Below are positions 13,809-25,813 of a stretch of DNA of 64,000 nt, one piece after another. The first letter of the stretch is position 1, and the number at the start of each line of letters is the position of its first letter. Made by a program: the position numbers and the translations under genes. The notes under the pieces are model-generated. The model saw nothing but the letters and a program-made list of their open reading frames with translations, did not search any database and had not been told where the DNA came from. Source of the DNA: Phoronis australis (Eukaryota > Animalia > Phoronida); assembly GCA_002633005.1 (NCBI GenBank), contig NMRA01000282.1, forward strand, positions 206,349 to 270,348, given 5' to 3'.

Positions 13809-14709
13809 GATCAATATTGGAATGGGAGTGGTTCAGCTATTTTAAGAATCTGTTTAGTTCTCAACGAGAAGAGAGAAGTAGAACATTTTCTGAGGCCGTG
13901 ACCCAAACATTGTGCGACCATGACGCTCAATGCGAGAAATGTGCCAGCGATACTCTTTACAACGACCTTCATATCTTCAATGACAGTATCATCGAAAATG
14001 ATATTATACAAATCATCCAATCGCTCAAAAATAGTACATCGCCGGGGGAGGACGGTATACCAAACGAATTTTTCAAATCATCCGTCGAAAGTCTAACTAC
14101 AGTATTGCACAACCTATTTACATGCAACAGAATTTTCAACACCGGAACTTTTCCTGAAGTTTGGTCCAAGAGTATTATCATACCGCTACACAAAAAATGT
14201 AGACAAGAGTAACCCAAAAACTACTGAGGAATATCTTTACTTGACAGTATAATTTAAGTATTTACACCCATTCTCGACAAGAGGCTAATTGAATGGGCGA
14301 ACGTCGCTAAATGCATCCCAGAGGAACAAGTCGGTTTTCGTGCAGGATATTCTACAATAGACAACATTTTTACACTACAAAGTTTGATCCAGAAATAACA
14401 AAACGACAAGGAAAATTTATTGTGCATATGTTATAGTCGCCAAGGCATTTGGGATTTCCGGTCTTGTTTATGTGTTACTTGCGAAAGGTATACATGGGGA
14501 ATGTATAAAATATTCACATCATTTACCACATTTTGAGTATTGTTTTAAAATTTGCAGTCACACCACTCTGTGTTTTGCATTCTAAGCCCGAGGAGATTCT
14601 TTATGTTTGTAACTGGTCTAGTCTCTGATTTAAGAGAGCGTGGTGGCAGAGGAATCTATGTTGATACTGATCGTGAGATTAACTGCCTACTTTTGCGGAT
14701 GATCTCGTG
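13809..14709 (+). mobile_element. Non-LTR retrotransposon (LINE) reverse-transcriptase relic, copy 1
   Basis: RT motifs SPGEDGIPNEFFK, FPEVWSKSIIIPLHKK, NY*GISLL, EEQVGFRAGYSTIDNIF, CILSP and LFADDL, broken by stops and frameshifts. Confidence 0.9.
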
Positions 14710-15895
14710 NAGCCACGAGGTGGTATCAACTGTTACTGTTGTTTGACCTACTTAAAAGTAGGTCACACCTCATTGTTACTATTATACACATAGTCTGTAC
14801 AAGTCACGTGCCGGGAGACTGATACGAAACCAAGTAAGAAACGGATAACAAAAATGGAGCCTGTGGTAAAAGCATATCTTTACCTTGAGATCAAAACAGT
14901 GAAATGTCAATTTATCCATTGAATTAAGGAATTTGGGTGAGGATATATCTTTTTTCACAACTTACTGTGTTCATGAACACAGAGGCTTAAGGCGACTCGT
15001 AGCATTCTTTCTCAACGACAACGGTCGTATGCATGTAGACGCACAACTCCTTCAGGATCAAAACTACTTTTGTCTTTGTTTTCAACGGCACCCTTCTATC
15101 ACAAGTACACCTCGTTGACACAATATTATGTCGACTCGGTGAATGAAAGGACCGAGGATACATGCGAATTAGCTGCTCTGTACCTGGCGGAAGATTCGAT
15201 TTGAGGGACAGCCCTGTAACCTTTGACCTTGGATAAGAAGTAGACAAATATCTACGGGGTTCCAAGGTGGTTCTGCTAAATCTTTTTTCTCGCTACACGT
15301 TTATATTTTGTGTTTGAAGTTCCCCGAAAATGAAGATAAGGTATTTTGCTAGACACGTGAAATATTGTAAAAATGGCCAATTTTTATGAATAAGGTTTGA
15401 GATAACCCCCATCACAATAATTGTCTTTTACTTTTAATTCCATGATAATGTCCGCTGGCTAACGGCAACAAGTTTACAACCTCATTGTCCGCTACTTGCA
15501 TGACAAGTCTAAAAATCGTTCATCGTCCGCCATTTTCTCTCTTTGTTGTAAACTAACCAATCACTGTCGAGGTTACATCAACCAATGATAAAGCGAGTGC
15601 TACTTTCTGCTACCTGCGTCCTGGCTACCACCTAGCGGCACACAGGGAACCAGCGAGGTAATAAATAAGCAGTACTGATGCGACACCTATCAGTTTAGTC
15701 AACTTACGTGTCTCTCCAAATAAGGAAGTCAAAACAGTCAAAGACTTGTCCGTATTTTCGGCTTGCACAAAGTCGACTGTGTGCTGGTAGCTGGAACAAT
15801 GCTCACTTGTTTTTAGGCCGGAAAATTCGATCGATTCTACAACATGTTGTGTTCCAGTGGCGTGCTGGATTAGTGGTATTGGCGAGATTAAACAG

Positions 15896-18660
15896 GATCA
15901 ATATTGGAATGGGAGTGGTTCAGCTATTTTAAGAATCTGTTTAGTTCTCAACGAGAAGAGAGAAGTAGAACATTTTCTGAGGCCGTGACCCAAACATTGT
16001 GCGACCATGACGCTCAATGCGAGAAATGTGCCAGCGATACTCTTTACAACGACCTTCATATCTTCAATGACAGTATCATCGAAAATGATATTATACAAAT
16101 CATCCAATCGCTCAAAAATAATACATCGCCGGGGGAGGACGGTATACCAAACGAATTTTTCAAATCATCCGTCGAAAGTCTAACTACAGTATTGCACAAC
16201 CTATTTACATGCAACTGAATTTTCAACACCGGAACTTTTCCTGAAGTTTGGTCCAAGAGTATTATCATACCGCTACACAAAAAATGTAGACAAGAGTAAC
16301 CCAAAAACTACTGAGGAATATCTTTACTTGACAGTATAATTTAAGTATTTACACCCATTCTCGACAAGAGGCTAATTGAATGGGCGAACGTCGCTAAATG
16401 CATCCCAGAGGAACAAGTCGGTTTTCGTGCAGGATATTCTACAATAGACAACATTTTTACACTACAAAGTTTGATCCAGAAATAACAAAACGACAAGGAA
16501 AATTTATTGTGCATATGTTATAGTCGCCAAGGCATTTGGGATTTCCGGTCTTGTTTATGTGTTACTTGCGAAAGGTATACATGGGGAATGTATAAAATAT
16601 TCACATCATTTACCACATTTTGAGTATTGTTTTAAAATTTGCAGTCACACCACTCTGTGTTTTGCATTCTAAGCCCGAGGAGATTCTTTATGTTTGTAAC
16701 TGGTCTAGTCTCTGATTTAAGAGAGCGTGGTGGCAGAGGAATCTATGTTGATACTGATCGTGAGATTAACTGCCTACTTTTGCGGATGATCTCGTGTTGA
16801 TAAGATACATTGTAATTGACCTATCGCCAGGATTTTGAGTTACGGCTGAACTGATCATTTAGAACGCAGCATTATTGGCACACCTTCGTTTCCAAGCCGC
16901 CATTTTACCCGACAAACAACATGTTGCTGGGTAAAACTTATTGTTTGTTTTCGACATTATGCAAAGGGGCGGAGCTTGCGATAGGTCAATTGAGCTGCGA
17001 CGGAAACTTAACGTGCTTGGAGAATTTCATAAAAGCTGGCATCTTACACTGAATCTAGAAAAAAAATAATGTTATTACTTACAAGCGTGGTGGTGCGGTC
17101 TGTTCTCACGAGAAATGGTACTTTGGTGATAAATTAGTTGAAACCAATCCGTATTATAAGTACCTAGGGGTTACATTCTCTTGTCATTTCAAATGGAGTC
17201 AAGAATGCAAAGTTCTTGCTGTACAGGCTCGAAAAGCTTAGAATTTGATAAAGGTCGCTTTATCAAAATTTGACTGCTTCTCACTGGCAGTCCTTTTTAA
17301 GCTGTTTGATAGGGTTATTCTACTGATATTAAGCTATGATGCAGAAGTTTGGGGAGTCTCAATTGTTAATTTCATAGAAAGTGTTCATAACGATTCGTGA
17401 AAGTATGGCTTACGACTAAACAAAAGACGATAAATCCCATGGCTAGGGGCGTGTGCTGTAGATAAATGATTACTATTTTTTAAGCCTATTGTTTACTGAA
17501 CAAGGCTGCTTCAGATTAAGCCTTATATCCCTCTGCATATATTGTTACAGTATGTTATGGCAACAACGTGAAGACGGTGGCAGACACAACTGGGCATATT
17601 CTGTAGAAATGCTACTGTACACTGTTTAGAGAGGTATGGCTATATTGACCGGGTGACGTAGACTTATTCCTTTCAGAATTTCGTTAGAGATTAATTGACT
17701 GTGACAAATTTGGCACTCTGTAATTAACGCTTTGACTAAATATCAATTCTTTTGTACTATTAAAATGGAACTACAGTGAGGAAAGTACCTGTACGTTTTA
17801 GACCCTTACTTGAGGAAAATACTTGCTCGTTGTAGGTGCTCGATCCACAAGCTTTACATTGAAACGGGGCTGGTACGCAGGTCTAACCGAGGATGCGATG
17901 TATTGGTTAGTTTGTCCTTGGCGATTGTGGAATGTTTCCACTTTTTTGTGAAATACTTTGTGAGGTGTATCAAATACTGGCTTAAATTAATATGAATGCC
18001 AAGAACAAGGTATTGCACAGCTGTCTATGGCATGTTGTTTGACCTGTGCGAGAAGGCATACTTGGGCTACCTCTGTTAGATTATTGTTATGTAGGTATGG
18101 TTTTGGTCTGGTGTGGCTGCAACACCGTGTCGAGTGTGAGGGATTGTTTTTGATAACTCTTGAACAGAGGTTCAAAGACTTATTTACAGGAGTGGGACAA
18201 CATTAAGTTGAACAGCCCTAAACTCGAAACTTATGATTTAATCAAAAACGATTTTACTCTAATCATAAGTTGAACTTAGAGACCAGTCGTCATCATGGTG
18301 TTGACCGTCATCTCAGATATTGTCCTTTTTATTCACGTAATACCATTGAGAATGAATATCATTTTATCTGTGTTTGTACCATTTAAGAACATTTATTTTT
18401 CCTGTGTGAGCGTGGCGTGATCCAAATATACTTGAATTAAAGAAACTTGTAACCAATATACGTTAGTAGGTTAATCAAGCTGGGTAAGTTTGTGTATCAC
18501 GCTACGTTCACAAAGACAAAGCTCTTAAAAGAATGTCCTTAATTAATTTTTTCAGTGTATTTAATTTCGATATTGTGTACTCCGCGTATGTAAATATGTA
18601 TATATGTTCAACTGTGCTGTTGGCCTATGGCCTATGAGCGCATCAACAAAGTTATTTGAA
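15896..18660 (+). mobile_element. 5'-truncated decayed LINE ORF2 (RT plus C-terminus), RTE-X-like
   Basis: Same RT motifs as copy 1, then YKYLGVTFS (~17155), RCSIHKLYIETG (~17833) and RYCPFY..IENEYHFICVC (~18315-18378), which resemble RTE-X-type C-termini. Many stops and frameshifts. Confidence 0.8.
16814..16991. mobile_element. Small MITE inserted in the LINE RT
   Basis: TIR aattgacctatcgc / gcgataggtcaatt. It interrupts the RT just after the FADD motif. Confidence 0.7.
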
Positions 18661-21600
18661 GAGCTGAAATGTCATCAGGGCCCTCTAGGCTGGTGGTGTA
18701 TAAAAATGACCTCCTTAGTTTAATGGCGCTTAACTGCATTTTTATGCAATTACAGAAGAAACAAATCAATGCAATTTATATGTTGATATTTTAGCTGTTT
18801 CTTTAAATTGGTTGGGCTAATCTCTGCGTCTCTGAACTGGAAACGAAAGAGCATCTTCTATACAGGGTATTGTTTTTTTGGGCGGGAACAACCCCGGCAG
18901 TCAAACTATCCCTCACCACAAGTCAATGTTTCCATGACATTTCCGCATAGTTCGGAAAATCGGGTTTAAATAGCCTCGTGTGCTTGTAAATCTAAACCAA
19001 TGTTTTTACAACAGTGGGTAATTTTTAGTGCCTTGAAATTCGATGTTTACAAATAGATGGCGGAGCCAACAATGACCTTTCGAATCAAATCTAACTTGCC
19101 AACACCAAGTAGAACATAATCTTAATTTCCGAAAAATACAGATTTGCTGCAGAAACTGATTTTGTGCACATGAACGCAACCAGCCTAACATATAGGAAGA
19201 CTCGAATTTTTGAGAATGTGGACCTCTTACTAAAAAAATAAAAAACGGGATTCGTTCAGAGCTATGATTTGTGCATTCGCCGAATTCCTGTCTTTTCAAT
19301 GGACTTTAGTCTAGTTTCCTCGGTCTTTTTGTTTCTCTGAGGCTGACCTTTTTGCTCACTTCGCCAAATGGGGGGTGCGCTCATGGTGCATAAATTTGTT
19401 TTGCAACTCTCGTCATTTTATAGCAACGTCGTGAAGGCAAGTGCCGTTAACTCACCAATCATCAAGCATGAAGACAGAAAAACTGAATTGGCTATATACA
19501 AATGTTAAACTTGGTAGTGCTAGCGATTCGTAGAACAAGTTTCTTGCGATAAAAGCAAGACATCACAATGTCACGCGAGTACTGATAGTCGTTACCACAA
19601 TATTGAGATTTTTCAAGCTTTGGGGTTATATGTGATGGTGTGTGTTTTTCATTGCCCGTCATAGCTCGTGATACTTACTACCGTTGTTCGTGTTTTATTT
19701 ACAACCAGACCAGGTAGGCCTACATATGACAGAGAGACATGGAAATGATATGGTTTCGTTCCTTGCCGAGTGGAGATGACAGGTGCATTTTGAGTTTACC
19801 AGCCAGCTGTGCGAAGACTAGCTTTGTATCGAGGCTACTGTTGGGAAAGAGCGTAGAAAAAGAATATTTATAAAATTTCTATCTCTGTCCAAAAGTTTTC
19901 CATAACGCGTGCTACGGGCTCGAAGACGACAAAAATATGCATTCAGAAGCACAACAGGTGAAATGTGAACAATGTTAAGAAATGTCAACAAGTGTTCGGT
20001 TGCCAAACCACTTCCATAGCCATGCGCTAATTAAAAAGTGGGCCCACACTCGTTGCCGCTGCTCTAGCTAAGTGTCAGAAACGTTAAAGACTATTTCTGT
20101 ATTTGGACTCGGAGAGTAAAATGTCTCGTCCCGATTCCTAGGGCCTCAGTATGTGAAGTAATCAATAAACCCATCCTGTTGTACTGACTAGATCAAAGAC
20201 ACACGGGTCTCAGTGACTTATAACCATATAAGAAGTAATTATGTTTTATGCTAGTATTACTCAGTGTTGATTCCAGTGATGGATACGAGGAACAGATGGA
20301 GTCAAGCGCCTGTGGGCTACATCTGAACGGCCATCTTTTGTCCCTAACGCCTCTCGTAAAGTTGATGTCTTCCATAGAAGATTGTGAAATAAGACGCTGT
20401 TTCTCTGTACGTCGTTATTGGATCGCTGTTTCCGTGAAAGAAAAACTGGAAACTGTAGAAATGAGTGTTGAAAGCGGTGACTTCTCTGTATCTGGGCGTC
20501 AGTTTGTTGCAATACCGTTCATTTGTCATAATGCTTATTGATTTTGAGAAACGCGTCTTGCTACTGCTTACGCATAATGCAGTAGGCCTACTGATAATGG
20601 TATTTGATAGTACATTCGTACGCTTCATTCCCGGATATCAGTTTTAAAGGACCAGGGGACAAAAAATATATATTTTACACCCATTTAGATCACCCTGATG
20701 CATTCCATTTAGGCCTACCTGGCAATAGACGCCAGGCGAAAATTAGACCTTATTTTGTCAGCAGAGTGTTGCAAAGTTCACATTAGGTTATGTTCGGAAA
20801 AAGATTTTCGAAAACTGGACATTTTCTTTGCGTTTTCAAAACGATTTTAAGAATACAGTAACATGATCGTTATCGACGTCAACGGCGAAAAGTTGTGTCT
20901 TGCCTGTCCACACAGTTACGCTAATGCGGGAGTCAATGCAACATTTGCGTGACGACAGCGTTTTCGAGGAAAAAGTTGCGTTTTCGCTGTCCAACCAGGT
21001 AGGCCTTCACAGAAAAAAGTGGATTACAAAACCTAGCAATTTTCGCCTGCCCATACCAACGAATACACTGTATATACCGTTTTTCAAAAAAATCGTTTTG
21101 TGTAAAACCTTTTTTCATAACTTTGCGTCGGTTATGGAATTCAGTGGATACGTGTGGACAGAACACATAATCGTAAAGTCTCCAAATGCATATTTTTCGA
21201 AAGACTTCGTTTTTAGCTTCCGTTGTGGCTGCCTGTTAGCAGTATCCGTTTTGGCAACGAAACAATTATGCACTTTTTATTGAAAGCGCGTTTTCTGTAA
21301 ACGGGGTCTAACTAACCCTGTGTGTAACAAGTTCAGAAAACTGACAACTTGACTGTCGAGTTCATCAGTGCGTATTCAAGAGTCCCTTCGGGTTAGAGAA
21401 CGGCTGCGTAACTCTGATCTGATTTGAAGTGACGATTAAGTATTACCAGTCTGCAAGATAATAATACCTACCAGCCTCGCAAAAAAGAACACAAATCAGT
21501 TTGTGTGACAAATCGGGTACAAGCGGATGATTCGATCTCCGGTCACACAAGATGACGGTCCATGTTTATGCTATGTTCTCTTTGCAACTTAGGTCGTTTT

Positions 21601-22867
21601 TCCATCAAATCTGTTTTGCAGAAATCTGGTCAATTGCACACTGCAACAGCTGTCGCATCTCTTTTCAAAGTAGGTGGATTAAACTGCGAAATTGCGCAAC
21701 TTCCCGGCTGCAAGAAGTCACAACTTGCCACATACATATCCAATGGGGAGCACGAATTAAACTAATACCGTAGAGAGACTGGACGGCTCCGATCTCTTCA
21801 GGCTCTTGATTTGTCAAAAATGACTTTGAGTAACTTGGCATCGAAGGCTGACACGCAGTCCATCACAGATTTGTCCTCTCATCACATCTCTTACTTTTAA
21901 TTCCGTTTTGATGTCTACTGAGTCATTTCAGCACGTTTATAATCTCACTATCCGCACCTACTGCGCTGGTGTTTGATAGTAGTCCACAGCGCAACACCGA
22001 GCGTCACCTCTCAGACTATTTAACTCACGTGAATTTCCATATATGGAAGTGTACTTATAGTGCAAACCATAGGCATCATTAGTATTAAGATGTCTATGGT
22101 GCAAACCGACTGGGCGCTGGAGGCTGGAACAATAAGTGCAAATCAACTACACGTTACCTGGTGTTGAATCCCAACAACTATCGTTAACTCTTGTGGGAAA
22201 TGTAAGGGAAACTTCGATGGAGTTGTGATACACCGGACTTTCGTTAATGGGAAAGCGGCAATAAAGGTGTTGAAGAATAGCATTGCTCGTGCCTGCAAGA
22301 AATACAAAGAATCTTCTTCGCATTTCTAACAAAATGTATTTAACGAATGGTGGGTGCCAATTCCATCCACTGAAATTTTCGTTGTTCCTCAGTAGGACTA
22401 TAACATGAAGTGCACTTGCTTAAAATGGCGACTGTGGTGGAAGTGTATTCGTGTACATCTAGCACAAAGTCAACAGACCTATAGAACAAAAAATAAATCA
22501 AATCTGTGTGTATACTACTAACTTGGATTTTGGCGAAGAACTGACTTGTCATCCTCTTTCTAGAACAAAAGCTGATACAATGACCAGGTTATTTTATTCT
22601 TTGGGACTAAATAATCATTTGTAACTGTCGTCAACTGAAACCTTAACTTTCGCTAAAGTTTGTAAACTCATTAGAAAGTATCTTTACTCGAAAAGTGTGG
22701 CTTTTCAATTCAAACTACTTTATGACACAAGAAGGAAAAGTTTTATCTTTTCCAACAATGCTTTTATGTCTGCAGCTCATTAAGATGAGCCAACGTCTGT
22801 GAGAGATTACTAAAACATGATTTGGTGTCCCTTTAAATGTGGCCGCTTGGAGGACAGTGTTAATGAC

Positions 22868-24151
22868 TCACTGCACAGCATTTGGGTCTGCTGATTTGCC
22901 AGGTCTCAAGGACGAGTACATGCCAATGTGATGTACAAGGTTAGGGTTAACATAATATGTCTTCAGTCCCGAATTCTTGATGAGGCCCAACGGAGCGAGG
23001 TCTTTGGCGTTGCCGTCCTTGCATTCGACTTTATTCAACATGTCCATGTAGATGGGAACCGCGCTTGCCGGGAATAACATTCCTGGGGTGCAACAAGTGG
23101 GCGCCGGCGTTACGGAGTATAGATGCGGGGACATTCGGCGAAGTTCAGACAAATTCTGTCTCCCTATGCACAACGATGCTAGAGATGCGTACAACATGAA
23201 TGCGAACCACAGCGAATATAAATACCGGGCGGCTGTCTTGTCCAGGTGCAAATAGAGAAGAAACAACAGAGTTCCAAACACACACCCAATGGACAAGAGT
23301 TCGGGAATTCTCTCCACTTCCAAGTTAATGTAACCCAATACTCGATCCGGATGAAACAATTTCACGAAAAGAGCGTGGTTCACTTTGTCCGCCAGTCTGA
23401 AATTTAAAATGTTGTCAAGAACCTGGAATGTGCTGTCTCTCAATAATGCATCGTCCTCTAACATCAAATAAAAACTGGCATTGAAAGTCTTTGTCGCCTG
23501 TTTAGCGCAAAAGATGTAGTCTCTTTTTTCTTTTTCAAATCTGTTAATTTCGGGGTCGACTTTTCGGTCAAGATATCGTATAAATTGTGTTATATTTAGC
23601 ATATCGCTTAAGCGATGGGCCTCGGTGTAGCTTCTTGGTTCATTATCAACATTGCAAATGGCTATACGCACACTGAAGTTTACGTCTGATGACGATATAA
23701 TCTGAGACACAACTGACGTCAAAGATTGCGTCAAGTAGTTGGGGTCGTAGCCTTCCTCTTGACGATTTCTCTTCACAGTGATCAGCGTCACTACCACGCC
23801 AGTACGATTTTCTTTACCGGATATAGCACCGAATCTCTCTTTGATCGATTTGTTACTTTTCAACACAAGTTCGGCTAGTTGCAATCGCCGTGCATTTTCA
23901 ATCCTTAGGCTTCTAATTGCAGAATCTTTCGATTCTGGGTTGACATAGTACAAAGAGTGTTTCGTGTGTATACAACAGATGGGTAGAACAACAAGAAAGG
24001 TCACTACGTAAATACCAAATATTTTTCGGAATGCAGGAATTCTTGTGATGATACGCCATGGCGGTTGGAAGCACTTTGCATAACACTGGCAAGTAGAGCA
24101 AATCTTCCTGCAGGACATGTGACCGCGACAGCGGCTTAGAAAAATCCCCAT
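22868..24151 (-). CDS. PGAP4: GPI-N-acetylgalactosaminyltransferase PGAP4/TMEM246-like, paralog A (427 aa, single coding exon)
   Basis: Intact ORF. N-terminal TM (YVVTFLVVLPICC), ITVKR, YLTQ, ICNVD, FEKEKRDY, LEDDA (DXD-like), KLFHP, an inserted tandem TM hairpin, IGRQNL, CCTPGMLFP, AKD and PNLVHHIGMYSSL are all recognisable PGAP4 hallmarks. Confidence 0.93.
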   Translation of the reverse strand: MGIFLSRCRGHMSCRKICSTCQCYAKCFQPPWRIITRIPAFRKIFGIYVVTFLVVLPICCIHTKHSLYYVNPESKDSAIRSLRIENARRLQLAELVLKSNKSIKERFGAISGKENRTGVVVTLITVKRNRQEEGYDPNYLTQSLTSVVSQIISSSDVNFSVRIAICNVDNEPRSYTEAHRLSDMLNITQFIRYLDRKVDPEINRFEKEKRDYIFCAKQATKTFNASFYLMLEDDALLRDSTFQVLDNILNFRLADKVNHALFVKLFHPDRVLGYINLEVERIPELLSIGCVFGTLLFLLYLHLDKTAARYLYSLWFAFMLYASLASLCIGRQNLSELRRMSPHLYSVTPAPTCCTPGMLFPASAVPIYMDMLNKVECKDGNAKDLAPLGLIKNSGLKTYYVNPNLVHHIGMYSSLRPGKSADPNAVQ

Positions 24152-25813
24152 ACTAAGCGAACTGAGCAGGCTGTTTCAAAACACTGTTGCCACTTTCGCA
24201 GGCATAATTCTCAACGCCATTTTGTCCCGGCTCTCGTAGTGTATGCATGTAGTTGCAGCACGTGCATAGCACGTGTTCACACTTTCCTTGGAAAATCACT
24301 TTCCTCGCACGTGCTTTTAAAACTTTCTCGAATTTCACCTTTAGCACTCATAGACGGTGCTGCTGTCGTTTCTGAAGTGCGCGCAAAGACGATACCATAG
24401 ACATTTTATAATNGTGGGCAGAAATGCAATTACTACATAGTGGTTCATTGATTTAAATGCCGAGGAATAAATTCCACTGTAAGCCCCTCCCCCTGCTAAT
24501 TTTATTTTAGCTTTTTTGGTACCGACTGGAGTCGAAATTCAACTCTCTTCATCTGGCTTCGTCTCAGATATTTCTTCGCAGTCATGGAACCTGATGTCCT
24601 TGTTCATCTATTGATAGTTTAAAAGATTTGCCTTTTTGTAAGACATTAGTACATCCCAATACACAGCAGCGGGAATTTGCCGGCATTATAATGGAAGGAA
24701 AGGAGTTAAACCGCTCTTAGTTATTCCAGTATGTTGAAACTTCCCGTCCGCATTACATGGGTAGGTAACGTTGAACTGTCTTGTCCACCAAAGACCTGAC
24801 CACTGTCTGGTGGGTTAATGCATTTTAATATGGCGTGACAATTTCGAAAGTCCTGCTATTGACCAAGTTGCCAACCGCGATTTTTCAGCAAATGACTGTT
24901 TGCCAACGGTGAAAATTGCCGATTTGTAATAAATGACAAAAACACAACGGTTTTTGTTGCTTTATATTTGTGGTCAAAGATGATAACTTCGAGAAGTCTG
25001 TCCCACCCAACATCAATCCAACTTGCGTTTTCCACCTTAAAGCCGAGTGTGTCCCTTTAAATCTCATTGTGGGAGGCCATTACGTCTTGACAAAGGACAG
25101 CCGTGAGTGAAATTCCTAGGGAATCTCTGTTGCGGCTCATCTCAAGTAAACAACTGATCTCTACGATTGTCTGTCACTTTCATTCTCCACCGACATGATT
25201 ATTGCGCAATTTGAAAAGAAAACATTTGTGAATCAGTAAAGTTGTCGGCATTGCAAAAAGTTTTGACATAGGAATGTTAATTCGATTGTAGCAGAAGAAG
25301 ACAGAACACCTGCGTCATGTCTTTATTCAGGTTTGTGCGAGATGGGACATAATTGTAACCATTCAATAAGTACGTTATGAGTGGTATTTTGATGATTCTT
25401 GGTTCAAATCTTCAAGTATTTTTGTATTGAACAAAATGTATTGGAGTATTTTTTCAAGTACTGTACACCTTCAGTAAACGATAATTATAACTGGTTCGTA
25501 AAAAAGAAAAAGGTGCTCAAATATTTCGTAGTACTTTTATCTGTCAACGAAAAATAGCACACCAAGACGGTCCGTGTGCTTTCGAATTAGGTCATGTGAA
25601 TTTCGTTTGTTCGTGCATGTATGTATAACATGAACGCGATTTGCGGACGTCAGCAACGTTTCGTGTACCCATTTCGCGTTCAGGGATACTCGACATTCTT
25701 AGAGTACAATTGGCATACCCTAATATGTTGACAATAAGTCCAGCAACAGGTACTCCAATATTCTCTCCTCTCTCTTGCATATTACAGTACTTGCTATGCT
25801 CTCACATCTGAGC

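Larger units (their letters stand above)
12319..16796. repeat. Near-identical duplication (~12319-14709 / ~14867-16796) across a single-N join; probable uncollapsed haplotypes
   Basis: Paired ORFs 12385/14933, 13621/15708 and 13817/15904 are almost identical. N at 14710. The second copy lacks ~460 bp (about 12943-13402). Confidence 0.9.

Noticed and set aside
23190-23360. Recent gene conversion between the PGAP4 copies over the TM hairpin
   Set aside because: The high-identity block still has regular third-position differences, which fits purifying selection. Conversion is unsupported without a formal test.
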